Source: Hydrolagus affinis (lineage: Eukaryota). From it: a stretch of 54,497 nucleotides of DNA. The stretch spans positions 1 through 54,497 of the forward strand of contig JAAILG010002443.1 of the NCBI GenBank assembly GCA_012026655.1, given 5' to 3'. The translations under genes and the position numbers were made by a program. Below, piece after piece: positions 37,253 through 51,717 of this stretch (positions are counted from its first letter, which is position 1; every line of letters begins with the position of its first letter). Below the pieces are notes generated by a model, which saw only the letters and a program-made list of their open reading frames with translations, was not told the DNA's origin and did not search any database.

Positions 37253-37504
37253 CATGAGGTATTGCCTCGCTAAACAGACAGACTCTATGGTGCCCTGGAG
37301 GTAGACTGTGGACTTTTTCTGCGGATTGCTGGGATCAGGAAAATGGATCTGGGCGCCTGTCCTCTGCATTATGTGCTTAATATTGCTGCCGTTGCGACCC
37401 ATCATGAAGAGGTGGTGTTGAGGTGCAATGTCCAGTTGTGAGCTAACAGGGATAGCACTGCCGAGACTGCCAGCCAAGTGTTCCAGCAGCATGGCAGTTC
37501 CTTC
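37253..37504 (-). CDS. BICC1: BICC1 coding exon (exon 8 equivalent), KH domain with GRNG loop
   Basis: tctag|GAA...ATG|gtaagc; 252 nt; EGTAMLLEHLAGSLG...HLFMMGRNGSNIKHIMQRTGAQIHFPD...CLARQYLM. Confidence 0.97.
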
Positions 37505-37791
37505 CTAGAACGAAACAAGACGATTTGCACTTTTCATTCAACATTCAATGCATTGGGAGAGATGGCTCATCTTAAAAGGACTGAGTGGTGCAGTGGCTTA
37601 GAACACCATACTTTAACCTTTTGATATTGAATCCAGCCCCCGAGACATCCATAAAAATGAAGCCTCCTCTCTCCCAGCTCTAAATATCTTACACGAAAGG
37701 AAATAAGGCAACGCAGCTAAAGCTTTAGTACTTGTGAGTGCAATTCCAGTGCACTCAGCTGCTTACAATGCACCACATTAACAATCAGATA

Positions 37792-38239
37792 CAGGTTAAC
37801 ACTTAACGTCACCTCGGGTAACATTTTTTTCGTTATTACGTTGCTGATACATTGGGAACATATTTTCATTTAAATTTGCGACGTTCGCTATTACGTTGTT
37901 TGCCAGGGGGTGGAAAGAGGGCACGACGGCGCTAGGACCTGGGAGTGAGCCAGGCCGGCAGCGAGAGAGCGAGCCAGCCGGCAAAGAGTAAGACCCACAG
38001 CGAGTGAGACTAGCCAAGCTGCCTGCGAGTGAGACCGGCAGTAAGTGAGCGAGCTGGGCAGGCAGTCAGGGAGCGAGTATAATGTTTTTTTTAAGAAAAT
38101 TTTGATGAAAAATGTCCAAAAGAACCTGACTCCAGTTGTTACATTTATTCTTATGGGGAAAATGTATTCACTTAATGTCATTTCGCTTAAAGTCGCACTT
38201 TTCAAGAACCAAACTACGATGTTAAGTGGGGTCTACCCG
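37792..38239. mobile_element. Second Tigger-type non-autonomous DNA transposon family
   Basis: TA|CAGGTTAACACTTAACG ... GTTAAGTGGGGTCTACCCG|TA imperfect TIRs; GC-rich core with gagcgagccagccggca-type repeats. Confidence 0.65.
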
Positions 38240-38677
38240 TACTAAGATGACTAGGAAAAGCAGCTTAAGAAACAAAACACACACACACATCTGCTGGGAT
38301 ACATTGAAGGTATTTTTATCTGCATTTCATTATACTTGTACCTAAAAATTCACTTTCACCCTGAGAAATATTACATTACACAATTAAATAGGAGAGTCTC
38401 TCAAGGCCTGTGTTTCCAGACCTCCCTGTGGCTAGTTATGATGCAGAATAGGCAGAAAGCAGAGACAGTGCATCAGAAAGGAAAAGCTAGAAAATAATAA
38501 TATCTTTCCCCACACCACCTCCACCCCAAAAAATAATATATAATGAACTGCTGGGAAAAAAAAGTATTCATTCCCAAATTAAATGTTTCAAAGGGATTGC
38601 CACATATTTGTTTAAGAGGCCTTTGTGCTAAAGATGAAACAATTGTGTATTTTCATGAGTTCTGGGAATGTTCTCAC

Positions 38678-38872
38678 CTTGACAGCTGCAGCATTGTTCT
38701 GAGAACCTCGGACAATGACCGTAGCACCATACATACGTGACCGCTGTTTGAATGACACAGATATGTTATAGGTCTGAGATATATGTTGAATTGTGGGTGA
38801 GTTGGGGTCTGGAATTGGCTGCAAGATACCAGCTATAGGTAAATCAAACATCATCACCAGAGGCAGCAGCTC
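38678..38872 (-). CDS. BICC1: BICC1 coding exon (exon 7 equivalent), KH-like domain
   Basis: cctag|GAG...AAG|gtgaga; 195 nt; ELLPLVMMFDLPIAGILQPIPDPNSPTIQHISQTYNISVSFKQRSRMYGATVIVRGSQNNAAAVK. Confidence 0.97.
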
Positions 38873-39488
38873 CTAGGCACAAGAATATTAGTTGCAGAAC
38901 AATAAATAGTCTTGGTAATAAAAAAAAGTAACATGAAACATATGAATATTGTATCAGTCGTCAAAGAGATACACAAATGTTAAATGCCAAATGCAATTGA
39001 ACCATTGCATTCATTAACAATGCAATTGGATAGTTAGACCCTGACATTTAGTTGTCCCTTAAAAATTCATAACATGCACAGAAAATCAGCCATTTCCCTT
39101 CGATTTCCCAGACAACTTCTTATTAACTAAAATAAATGCCATTTTGTAACTGATGTAACAACTGATGCTATTTCCTAATTGCTGAAATATGACATCTGTA
39201 GTTACCTGACTAAGTATACATGGTCTTGTCTCATATTATGCAAAGAAAAAAGAAAAAAAGCCTTAAAATTTAAATGTTTTTCTTTATAAAAAATATTTGG
39301 ACCTAGTGTAATGTGTTAGCCATGCATTTATGCCATTCATGCTACGTTACAAATCTATGAAGGTTTCTTAGGAGTTGGATGAGTAATCCAAATATTCTGA
39401 TACATACAAATAACATGTGATGGGAGAGTTCCTGTCAGTAGCTAAACAATTTCAGGTATTATGTTAAAATCCCCATTCAGAAACTTAC

Positions 39489-39542
39489 TCTAATACGGAC
39501 TCTTGCTGCCTCTACACCAGATGGCTGACCTGCAATGGAGAC
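39489..39542 (-). CDS. BICC1: BICC1 coding exon (exon 6 equivalent)
   Basis: aacag|GTC...AGA|gtaagt; 54 nt; VSIAGQPSGVEAARVRIR. Confidence 0.95.
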
Positions 39543-41849
39543 CTGTTGAATAAAGCAGATTCATACTGTAGTAAAATGTAGATTTCAGTGGAGGGATTTT
39601 GAAACCAATCCGACAATACAAAGACGGCACAAACCCAACTTTCACCTGTCTCCGTTCAGCTCATATTCTCATTATTTAACGTCTAAAGATAACATCTGAA
39701 GATTTTTGTGTTGGTCTATGAAGTGTTAGCTCATCACTAAACTTCAGCTCATCCAATTCTTGACTTGAACCCACATTGCACCATTTGGCATCAGACCAAA
39801 TCTTAGAATGAAAAATTAAGAGATTTTGCTGATAAAGTGTGGATGATATCTATTATTTACTTGTAACACTGGACAGATAATGTAACAGAAGATGCTGATC
39901 TTGTCCTTACAAGTTTTTCATTTACCAGGGAGAAAATTCTCACTGCATCTAGGTTTACTTTATTTAGGAAGCATTTTAGAGCGTTCTGAATTTGGCAAAT
40001 TTTTAAATGCAGCATTAATTTTTAAGCTGTTTTTCTATATGTTCTTTCAAGAACTACAGAAAACCAATGTCAAGGTTGTTAATAAATTGAACAATTTGCC
40101 AAATTCAGGACACTCTAGAATTCTACATAAATAGAGTAAATCTAGCCCCAGGTTGGATACCTTTACAGGGGTTTCCTTCTGTGCTGGCCATATCCTTTCC
40201 TGAATAAATATTTTAATGGATTAAATAGGTATGGCAGTTATTTGTCAGAACATCACTGGAAGTGCATTATGAGAAAATGAGTCTAGGCTAAATCATTCAC
40301 TAACAATAAAGATCTTTCAGTTGTGTTATTAGAAAGTTACGAACAGTAGTAATTATCTAGTCACAAAATGCTTATTAAAGATGCCTGATGATGAAACTGC
40401 TACAGTTATTTCAGAAAAATGTCTTAGTTCCTTTTCAGTTTGTTACTAAATCTTCCAACCAATTAAATAACCTCTGTCCTTTGCTCAGAGGCTGAAGTAA
40501 CTTGTATACCAAATGCAGACCCACTAAACTGTGTCATAAATAAGCTATAACAGGCACCAAATATAAAAAAAAATGAGTAGCTCTTTGGATTACTGAGAAG
40601 TGATCGATCCTTGGAAGGTCATTGGATCTGTTCAAATCTCCTGAAGTAAAGGAAATTATGGCTCGGGGACAACTGCAGGTTAGTTCACAATGAACGCAAG
40701 TGTTCCACAGCTGCATCCCATACTCAATTCTACTTATTAATATCACTGTGGTGCACATTGATACTTAACATGAAACAATAAGACATTTGTTTCATCCCCA
40801 TCACCCAGTGTAATCTAAGGTAGCAAGTTGGCAGCTCTCGACTTCATTAATCTTCTTGTGCTCTGAGCCAATGCTGCTGCAGTACAGTCTAGACATTAAT
40901 CACACGCTTACTAATTACACAGCAGCTAAATTAAAACAATCACAAACGTACATGCACAGATGTCTTACAACAACAATAACAACTTGTACTTTACAAGATT
41001 AAACAGTATCCATGGTGACAAATTAATATGAAGCAGAAATGAAGACCCTGATCGCAGCCTTAAAGGTTATTCCTTTAGCGCCTTGGGACGTCCTCTCGAC
41101 GTGAAAGGCGCTCTATAAGTCTAAGTTGATTTTGTTCATTCAATATGTTCAGTCTTGACACTATACTTTTCCCATCTCCCATCAGCCACCACACACACCC
41201 TCATGAAGATTTTAAAGAAACATGAGTTCACTACAGCCTTGTAATGTAATTCTTGGCTAAAAATCAGGTATTTTGTTGATCCACTCAACTTGCTTCTCAT
41301 ACCACCTGCTGAATCAAACTGAGACATATATCAATTGATATCCATCAGGTGTATTCAATGTGTTTGTACAGAATCATATTTTATTTTTGCTCCAGTACTT
41401 TAAAGCAATAGGTATCGGAGGCCAATACAATCACCACTCAAACAAAAGCTACAGCTCTAACTAATTCACACGGCAGGGTAAACCTGAGCCAAACTGCTAT
41501 CCTGCAACATGACCATCTTATTGTCAGGGCATCATAACACAAGTTACAAATGGACAATAATAAAAGGCCTGTCTGAATTACATCAATGGATATCCGTTCG
41601 AGCAAACCATAGTTCATGGAAAACATCTGTATCCAAAGTAAGAGTTAAACAAAATGTACATCAGGCAAGTGAGAGTTAGCTCTCAGTATGAAGGAGTGTG
41701 AAAAAATGGAAGACCCTTACTAACATTTACATTTTGATGATGTGATAAACACCATACCAAATACAAGGATATTAGTTTTTATATGATTTACTATTCTTTA
41801 ATCTGACCAACATAAGTTAATATGGAATTAGAAATCAACACTGAATTAC

Positions 41850-42008
41850 CTGATTGCTTTTCTCAGTCTGGTTGTTCCTATTGGAGTCGGGGAAATGAAT
41901 ATGACACCCTGTTTCTTCCATAACCTTTTTAATGTTGTTTCCTCCTTTCCCAATTACATGGGAGTGTTCTGTGTGTGACACATCCATCTTCAGAGTTACC
42001 CGGTTACT
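41850..42008 (-). CDS. BICC1: BICC1 coding exon (exon 5 equivalent), KH domain with GKGG loop
   Basis: ttag|AGT...CAG|gtaatt; 159 nt; SNRVTLKMDVSHTEHSHVIGKGGNNIKKVMEETGCHIHFPDSNRNNQTEKSNQ. Confidence 0.97.
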
Positions 42009-43754
42009 CTAATTGAAGAAGGAAAAACAAATGTAATTTCATCATCACTTATATCAGTCCTCCTCAGGTCACCAATTACTTCACACTTTTCCTTCATTAT
42101 AGAACACACACTGACGGGGAATACTAATCCTTCATTGTTTCAACAGGAAAGCCAGACGTCAAGTCAAATAGCAGAATATTGGAACCACTACTCATTATAA
42201 CAGTGGTTCCTTTAATTAGCTTGACAAGAGACAATGGACTGTAAGTTAGCCTTTCGTCTTGGTTGAAATCTATCTCTATGTTCAGCACAGCTTAAATTAA
42301 CACTTTGAAGACTGCAGGAATACTGATTAAAAAACACAGATTTTATCTCTGATAACATTAAATGGAAAGTGGAAAGCACAGGTACAGTATCAAAGCTAGC
42401 AAGAAAATGGTCATCTTTACCAAATTATTTGTTGAAAGTACCTTTCACTCTCAGAGGTCGGAATACAACCCACTTTCTCCTGACACCATGTACATCAGTC
42501 AGTCAGAATAACTCATTCAGAAATAGTTTGTAGTAATCGTGTTCAATGAAAAATAAAGAAAATTAAACGAAGCCAACGGTTTTGTGTTCTCTGAAACAAT
42601 TCAAAATTCCACTACATCAAGGTAGAATCAGTGCTATACAGACATAGTTGAACAGAACTCAAAATGCAGAATATGCAGAACAAAACACATAAGTCAGTTT
42701 TACTGTGTCTGTTTCTACAAAAAACAACAGCGCAAATATACAATATCATTTACATTTATTTGATGTAAATGAGAAGATGACTCAAAGCACCTAACACTGC
42801 TGGCTGGGCACCCGAGCTAGGGGTGGAACTAACTGAAAACAGTCAAAGAAGTGTTGAGGAAGGCTTTGAAAGTGGAGGCAGTGGCTGATTTGGAGACACT
42901 GGGAGTTCCAAAGAGCAGGGATAAAATAAAGTGGGAAATGACATTCTACAAAATTCCATCATATGGTTCCAGTCAATGGCCTAGAGCCACATACATAAGA
43001 GGTAACTAAAACAAAAACAAAGTTTTGCTGTTTTGTTACTGTCGATCCTCGGTGACCTACTGACTGGCATGCTGTTTGTGTTCCTGGCAGCCTTGCTGGG
43101 GGTGTGAGGAAGGAATGTCTGGATTCCCTGTCAGTTTAAGGAGGCTCCTGCATTGATTTTGATCTCCCGGCTGATCTTTCACTTTACACAAGCACCAGAA
43201 TTTTCAAGGCTTCAAAGCAGGATCATTATTAGAATATTAAGAGTCACAAGATGATTTACAGGCCTGCTGCCTTCACCTCGCCCCATCTGCTTCAGGACAG
43301 CACGTCAAAAAGCAATGTTAAGTATTGAATATATCAACAAAAAACTAATGTAAAATCATGCAGAAAGAATTCCACTCATTTTAAAGGAATACAGAGAAAA
43401 ATCACTGCGTATTCAAGCATCAAAGAAAGTAAAGGTTAGTTAAACCCACTGATAGCAAAAGAACTATTGTTAACAGCACCATTCACCGTTACTACAAGTG
43501 TTATATAGGATGCAAAAAGAACAATTTGGGATACTTCACATTAAAATGTTAATGAATATTGGTCATGAGTAAAATCAATTAAAATTATTTCATCATGAAA
43601 TTGAAAATGGAACAGATCAAGGCTCCTGCTGGGTGACACAGAAAGGCTGAAGGTCACAACTCAGAATTTATGCTAATTCATCATTTGAGGGATGAGAAGA
43701 CTCTGCAAACATATACAATGGTATCAGAGATTGCCATTTTATGCACTGCAAGAA

Positions 43755-44016
43755 TATAATAATAATAATTTTTGCATTTGATTTAGCGCTTTTCACATCT
43801 TCTAGATGTCTCAAAGCGCTGCACAGAATATGCTGTAAAGTGAATTGATTGTACATTTGGAGGTGAAATGTGGCAGCCAATTGTGCACAGCAGTGTCCCA
43901 CAAACAGGAGTGGATTGAAGTGACCAATTTATTAACTTTTTGGAGGGATTATTATTTGGCGTGTGGAGTAAAGAAACTTGCCCAAGGTTTTGCCCTGCCT
44001 GGAATTTAACCCAGGT
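43755..44016 (-). mobile_element. tRNA-derived SINE, short form, head truncated
   Basis: Reverse complement is collinear with 45017-45312 and has an (ATT)n tail. Confidence 0.88.
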
Positions 44017-45016
44017 TTTGTCAACGAACGTGATGTCTCAGCAGTGCACACAACATAATTCTGCAATACAGCAAAGGGTTTTTAATCATCACAATGATCA
44101 ATTGGAAGGAAAACTATGCAATTAAAATTTTCCCTGCCATTTACAAGATCTTAGTGGAATGGTTTCTTCTCCGCAGTAACTGGTCTGCTCCTCCAAGTCC
44201 CACTGATGTACCAACCTGGCTGTGCTGTCACCAGCAGTGGCCTGAAGTACTGTAAACCTGCCCAGCTCAGGAATTGGACTACCTAGACTGCCACAAAGAT
44301 GTGGCTCAATTCAGACATTCCATTGCCAAGTATATTACTCTGAACCCAGATCAGCTCCACTTACCTCCCCCATGCACTCCAAGGATAGTTACAATCCTCT
44401 CAAACCTCGCACCATTCTTGAGAATACCACTAAATATTATTGTGAGCCTTACATCACGGAACGGAGATGTCTCATTACTATTTCTAGTCCTTGGATAGAT
44501 TAGAAAGGAACTGCTGGGAGTTGACCAGAAAGTGCATCATGCAACGCTGGGAGGCTAACACATGCCACCATGATTTGAAAAAGCATAGCGGTAACTTATT
44601 CTTGACAGATGGGAAACGTAGAAGAGGTTAGTAAGAGGGTGTACAAAGGCACCGATTTAGTCTTCGGAAAAAAAATTCTCTTCATATTAAGTCTTCCTCG
44701 GATTTGTTTGTAGGATATTAAAATTGCACAATGTTTGTGACACAGAAGGAGGCCATTTGATTCATTGTCTCTTTGCTGGTGCAAGTTCCACCCCTGAAAC
44801 TTTCCGCTCTATTCCCAGTGGATGTTGGGTACAAGGAGTGGGTGGTGTGATTAGCAAAAGGATAAGGGATTTTAATTGAATCCATAACGTCATTGATGGA
44901 ATTGAGGAACAGTAGAACTGCTCCACTTCTGGATCATGAAATAAACAGTTTGCTTTAATTCTTAAACACTTGGTAACAATGTGCTTTGCACATTTATATT
45001 TACATGCATTCATGGT

Positions 45017-45312
45017 GGAGTCCTGTAGCTCAGCGGTTAGAGCACTCGCCTTACAAGCGAGAGATCTGGGTTCGAATCTAGGCAGGGCAAGTTTCCTTAC
45101 TCCACACATCTGATAATAATCCCTCAAAAAACTACAATTGGTCATTTCAATCCACGTCCTTTTGTGGGACACTGCTATGTGCAATTGGCTGCCATGTTTC
45201 ACCCACAAATATACAGTCAATACACTTTACAGTATATTCTGTGAAGCGCTTTCAGATGTGATAAGGCTCCATATCAAATGCAAGGATTATTATTATTATT
45301 ATTATCATTATT
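45017..45312 (+). mobile_element. tRNA-derived SINE, short form, best-preserved copy
   Basis: A box TAGCTCAGCGG, loop CTTACAA (TAC, Val-like), B box GGTTCGAATC, and (ATT)n tail. Confidence 0.92.
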
Positions 45313-45940
45313 AAGATACAGGTATATCAGCCAGATGTTCCCCAGCTTCCCATTGGCGGGATATTTTTATGTGCTCAAAGGGCAGCTTGTACCTAATAAA
45401 CTGGTGTGATTTGTTGAGTTTTAAACTGAAGCAATAAAAAGGCGTACAATTTAGTGGCTGAGAATTACAGTAGGCACAGAGTTATCAACATGTTTATGGG
45501 AAACACTGTTCAGAAACAGATTAGTTGGACTGACAAAACAAGTTGCAAACCCAGACATTTTAATGGATCGGATAGGCCGAAGGGTGTTCTTCATTCAAAT
45601 TAATCGTGTGATCTATTTACCTGACCACAAACATGATATCACTTACCTGAGACCACATTATACTTAATCTTGTCTGTATTAAAGTAGAAATGCATTTACA
45701 CCAATAAGGACCATGGAATCAATTTTAGGTTTCACACTTTCATTAGTACAGATATACTGTATCATCATTAGACTTTGCAGCAAAATCCAGTGAAGTTCTT
45801 TGAGATGTTCTGACAATGTGATAAGGCATATGTAAGGATTTTTATATTAATACACGCTACACCAAGCCCTTCACAAAACAACCATGCATACAGCAAATGA
45901 GCAAGTAGCTTCAAGAGAGATTACATTTTGCATCTCTTAC

Positions 45941-46020
45941 TTTTGTGTCAAGGACTGACATGATTTTTTCTTTTGCTTCCTTCACATTTTCTTTCTTTCC
46001 AGCAACTTTAATGTGAGGAT
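45941..46020 (-). CDS. BICC1: BICC1 coding exon (human exon 4 equivalent), KH1 C-terminal part
   Basis: tacag|AT CCT...ACA AAA|gtaaga; 80 nt; (D)PHIKVAGKKENVKEAKEKIMSVLDTK. Confidence 0.95.
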
Positions 46021-47989
46021 CTGTATATACAAGAACAAAGCAACATGAGAAATACCCCGGTCACATTTGAACGAAAGAACGGACTCCTACAAAGACAGTC
46101 AATTATTTAAACATGCCAAGATTTAGAGAGCATAAAGTTTGTTTTACTCTATCTTGGGAAATGAATGACACCAGTAATTTGTTTCCATTTCTCATAATAA
46201 GATACAATAACTTGCATTTAAAAAACAGCCTTCATGCAGGAAGCATCTTGAAACGCTAAAATAAGTGACAACAAAAATAGAGGATAGATTGTGAACTCTT
46301 CTTTGTGAACAACACTTACAGAAGCTGCAGTAAAGGCAAAATGACTTTAGCTCTGTTTGGTCTGTTTAAGTGGCAGTGTTGAATGGGATCATATTTAAAT
46401 TGCGATTTTAAAGGACAGTGAAAGCAACCTTTAAACAATTGCACTATTGCACTATTGTGTTGTAATGTAACTTGTAAACCCACAATGTTCAGTTAAAATT
46501 TCAAGTACCCTTAGGCATCTGGTGATTATTAATGGCAAGTACTGTACTGAAAAGTTGTGTGAAACTCTTGAGATGTCCTTCCTCGTGAAAGATGTGAAAT
46601 AAATGTAACTTGTAATGGTTTCCCATAACCACTGTTAATGGTGCTGAACACTTCACGATACCATTATGTGACAAAATCTCTGTCAATCTCTCACTATTGC
46701 AACCCCCTCCACCCCATAAACAATTGTTAGCGTGCTACACAGCAGTTCAACCACAATTTCACAACCTGCCCATGGAGGGGAGCCAAACTTATAATGGGGG
46801 CGTTGTTGGTATCTTAGTAACATCCAGTCTCAGTACATTTTTATCAGTATGTTTTGGTTAACACCTCCAAAATCTTATGTTTAATTCTTCCCTACCCGGT
46901 TCATTAAGCCATAAAATAAATACTTGTGTGTTCATGAATACATGTAGAATTCTTAAGAGGCAACACAATAATGTTCTCCAAAATACTGTGATGGTTTGTT
47001 TAATTTCAAGCAAGTTATAGTCACTCTTGTTAAATTGGGCTATAGTTCTGTAACCACAACTGATTATTTTACACAGTCACTGTGCAGGGTGCTATCTCCT
47101 ACAGCACAGTTCAGTACCAGGTACAATGTGTCCAGCACATCCATCAAACAGCTAAAGACCATGCAAAACAAGATTGTTTTCTTTACATTTCTAACAATCT
47201 GCAAGGTTTCCAAAAAAAACGAACTAACCAGAAAATAGTGTTTATATTGCTCCACCAGTCATGCTTGGAAGTTGCTGAACTATCTCAACTCAACTATCAG
47301 GGCTCAGAATATAGTATACAGTACATAACTTCCAAAAAAAAGAGTGAATTTTCAGAGATTTTTTTTTTCTATATTATTTAGAATCTCTCCATCCAATGAA
47401 AATGTTATTTCCCTCAGACTGCGTTTGCCAACAAAACATACAGTCACTTTTGTTTACAGTGTATCCTGTGAAGTGCTTTAGACGTCTCCTGACGGGAAAG
47501 GCATTATAACAAATGGAAAATTATTAATAATATCATCATTATCTCAGAATGCTCTCCTCAATTGTAAATTAGTTAGGTGCAAAATAACACATGCCAGCAA
47601 AAACAGACTTGACAAGAATGTTTAATATTACAGGTTTCCAGCTAGATAAAGATGTGCATATTTCCTTTTGAGTGGGCTTGTTGTAGATATCCTGCTATTC
47701 TACTTATTTAAAGTTCATGAGATACTGGTTGCTGCACTTGCACAATAACCCTACAGATCAATCAATTTATCAGGTGAGGGCAGTCATTCCTGAACTCCTC
47801 ATCCAAGCTTAAGAACAGGAGAGAGCACAGAGTACACATAGCACACAATATCATGCTCCCTGTCAAACCAATGAGGTCTGTAGCCAAATAAAATTTCAAC
47901 ATCACTGTCTTCATACCGGAAATCTACAGGAATGTTTTCTGCTAGATAGCAGTATCTACCCAGTGTTTATGTCATGAGTCATTATTCAA

Positions 47990-48250
47990 AGGTGTCCGAA
48001 AACACTTCAGATGATACATTGTAAAGTGAAATGACTGTACGTATTTTGTGGGAGAAAGCAGCAGCAAAATTGCACACAGCACTATCCTACCACAACAGCT
48101 ATGACGTGATTGTGCAATTTTATTTGGGAGATGGTGGCGAGGACACCCAAAGAAACTCCCTTCTCTTTTCAAATAGTGTTAAGTAAATCTTTAACACCCA
48201 TCTGAATTGGCAAGTGGGACCCTGGTTTCACATCTCATCCGAAGGATGGA
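47990..48250 (-). mobile_element. Deu-domain SINE fragment
   Basis: Reverse complement: cttcggatgagatgtgaaaccagggtcccac...cagatgggtgttaaagattt...tgtgcaattttgctgctgc. Confidence 0.72.
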
Positions 48251-50029
48251 TCTCAGCAGAACCATAGCACTGAGGGACATCTCCTGTGTTAATAGACACC
48301 AGTAAATGATCTATTTCTGTTATATAACATTCTGTGATTCTATGAATCCAAAATACACCAAAGTACAACCAAATTTGTGTCATTAAACTATTACTTTTTC
48401 CACACATGTTATCATTAAATAGTCTTCATGTTCTAGAGATGACAGAATTTTATGTCTAGTTTATGCTGGACTTTAGTTTAACAGCAATACATCATTATGG
48501 TGCAGTGGTTCTCATTAGAGCTCTTGAGAAAGTGGACTGCCAGGCTGGCATTCAGCAGAGTGCACCTGATGTAGAATACAATTTTCATGCTCATTACTCT
48601 TGAGTAACATTAAAATCCTGTATCCACTGCCAATTATTGGAGCTACACATGCACTGTTAGTCACATATGTAGAGCTCTCCTCGGGCCCCACGGAAGAATG
48701 ATTATAATCTAAAAACTGTAAAATTGAGCTACCCAATCCAGAAGACTCTCCTTCTCATCAAAATATTAGTCATCTCTCCCAGCCATACAAATGAGGTATT
48801 ATTGTCAAAAATGTATTATATAAACCCACCACGCAGAATACTGTGTAATTTATAATTTGCACTGAGTGGTGCTGCAATGAAACCAAACCACCAAGGAATA
48901 TAGTGCACCATTAAACCCATTTTATAATGTAAATTTTTACTAGGTTAATGTTTAATTAATGGCATCATGAAATACAATAAGCATACTTATGAAAATACAA
49001 CAAATCATGCTTTGTATTTTTAAAACTGAGTGTTGCAAAAGGTTACAGTGCATTTTTTACTCAAGTACAAGTGAACGAGACAGCAATGTAAACAATTATT
49101 TCCAATGGCAAATAGACCTTGACAAGGATATATAGCAAGGGAATCAGATGAGCACTGAAACTCAGCATCAAATGTATAAGTTTACTGTTTTCTCCATTAT
49201 GCAAACTGCTGCACTTCTACCAATAACCTTTTACTCAAAGGATCTAAGACTAGCAGTTTAATCCATCCATTTTAGGTTCCAAATTTATACAGGCATTTAT
49301 ATACAGACACACGTGCACGTGTTCATGCTGATTTTTTTTCATTTTGTCTGGAGACAGTTCAGTACTCTGTGTGTGTGTTCCAGGTTCAGCATTGAACTTT
49401 TATTGTATTGTAGCCAGGCCTAGATGTCACAGAATGTCCTAGAAAGTTTATAGCATAGAAGGAGATATTCAAGAGCTGTCTTCCCTGTTGGAGCCATTTT
49501 CTCTAATCCCATTCCCCATTACACACCATTTTTTCTTCATGTATTCATCCCAGTGCATTTTAAATACAAAAATGAATTTAGATTTGTTTTAGCTGGGCTT
49601 TTAGCACTTGTAGAATCTGATTGCCATGCTTAAGACTATCTAAACTGAACAGAGTTCCACGTAATAATTACCACCTACAAGTGGAAATATCTCTTTGTCT
49701 GGATTGGAATGCATATTCTCTCCTCGGAGAGACATAGCCATTTTACTTAATTCCTACATGGATGTACAACATGGAACCAGGCCATTCGGCCCAACTAGTG
49801 TGTACTGGTGTTTATCCTTCGTACAAGTCTCCACAGATCCCTACTGCCTCCCAAACCCTTCTAGTCACCTCTCCCTAATATGTATATCTACATGTATTGG
49901 CACAGAATGGTAAGAACCATAAGGCAATCGTTAGTAACTAGACCAAGGATTGCTTCTCCAAATGAATTATGGATTCAACTCATGTCGACTCTTTGTCAGT
50001 TTGGAAAACAACACATCCAAGTATTAGAC

Positions 50030-50165
50030 AACAAAACACAAAACACTACAGATGCTGGAAACTGAAACAAAAACAGAAGTTGCTGGGAAAACTCAGCAGG
50101 TCAGGCAGCATCCATGGAGAAAGGAAAATGAGTCAACGTTTCGGGTCTATGACCCTTTGTCAGAA
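50030..50165. mobile_element. Common cartilaginous-fish dispersed repeat fragment, possibly a Penelope-like element end
   Basis: cagatgctggaaactgaaacaaaaacagaagttgctgggaaaactcagcaggtcaggcagcatc...aacgtttcgggtc; recognised from memory, class uncertain. Confidence 0.5.
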
Positions 50166-51689
50166 GTATTAGGCAACACCTGGTAAAAAAAAAATTATTT
50201 GAAAGGATATATGTTCAAGTTCTTTACAACATGTGTAGATTTAGATGTAGTGAATACTTGTGTTTAATAATTATAATCATAAGAGAAAAACTATACACTG
50301 CATAAATAGTCTAACTGATACAACTGACCAACAAAGTGAACATGCTTAAGAGCACGGAAAGAGTTGTCAGAAAAAGTGCATCACACAACCTTTGAGGTGA
50401 CACTTTTAGTGTCACTGCCTCTTAGTATGATGCTTCCAAAACAGCATAGTTATTGAGTACAGTGTCAGTCAGCCAGCTGGAGGTCCTCCAGCCACCTGCT
50501 TATCATTGAGTGCCAATCACCCTTTCTGTAAAGCAACCAGTTATAAAACTGAACAATCACTGAACACATGATTGGAAGTGAAACCAAGCTCCAGTGAATC
50601 GAAACTCATGTCACAGAGTGCACAGTAAATGTTTACCACAACGTACCTCCATGCTGGGCCTTTATCTTCAGAAGATAATGCTCTTTTTTTAAGGAGGAAA
50701 TGTGACAGTATTTTGCACATCAGCTAAACCTCCGAACTTGCAGTAACTAGAGAAAGCAATTGAAGGAGTTCTGAGAACAAGTAGTCCTCGCACCTTGCTC
50801 AGTTCATAAACTTACAGGAACACTCGTTCGGTCAGCTTCATAAAACCACTGGTTGCATGTGTTTGTGTGCTTGCTCACACACATAAACACACCATCAAGT
50901 GGTACTCGCATGAACATACCACCAAGATAAGAGTGTGTGGCTGTAGAGTGCAACATGAACTCAAAGATTATTCGGGTGCTGGGAGATTGGCTCACAATTG
51001 GAAAATATGTGAAGCCATGGAGAAAATCCAGCAGCAGCCCCCTCCGTCATGGTACTAATTCAGTTAAATTAAACACTGAACGTGATTTAGCATGCTAGAG
51101 ATTAACAAATTCCTGGCTTTGAATGCGGATAGCAACTGCATGCTGCTCTGTTAAACATTAGCTCTCAGAATTAAATTTATAAGTCAAGGACTGTTGGCCA
51201 ATGCCATCGGCCAACATGGCATTCTTCTGGTCACAAAGAAACACTGATGCCTGGATCCTTAGTCTGAAGCCAAGTGAATATTGAAAGCTGCAAGCACCTC
51301 AACCAATGGACTCTCAGCACATTTTTAAAAAAAACTTTAGTAATTCATGCTTTTATCATCGGAGGATGAATAACAGCAGTAGTCAGATTCCACATAGACT
51401 TCAGTTTATTCACAGGCACTCCAAAATATAATAAGGAGAAAGAGTCTGTTTTAAATCTACAACAACAAAATTGCATTTATATTCACGTTGGGAGGATGTT
51501 TCAAGGCGCTGAACAGTCAGGGGTCAGGACAGTGCTCAAATCTAATGCTCAAATAACAGCAAAATTACATTGTGCTTTATCTTATTTACCTTTAAATAAG
51601 AGTAAGGGATGCCCTCCTGATGTGAAAGGCGCTACACAAATGTAATTTTGTTGCTGTTTAGTTATTATCCTCTTCCCGTTCTTCCTACT

Positions 51690-51717
51690 CTACAGTAACA
51701 TTCCTACAGTAACATTC
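51690..51717. repeat. Perfect 14-bp tandem duplication
   Basis: ctacagtaacattc occurs twice in tandem. Confidence 0.95.

Larger units (their letters stand above)
20395..46020 (-). other. BICC1: BICC1 gene, partial (17 coding exons; 5' exons outside window)
   Basis: Manually spliced exons total 2465 nt (2 nt + 821 codons including stop) with consistent phases and GT-AG boundaries. The translation matches the recalled vertebrate BICC1 layout: KH/KH-like domains, Ser/Gly-rich intervening region, SAM domain, and C-terminus ...SDIASISGRW*. Confidence 0.97.

Noticed and set aside
45017-45090. tRNA-Val(TAC)-like gene
   Set aside because: There is no complete acceptor stem, and it continues into a SINE body and (ATT)n tail with several diverged copies, so it is a SINE head.
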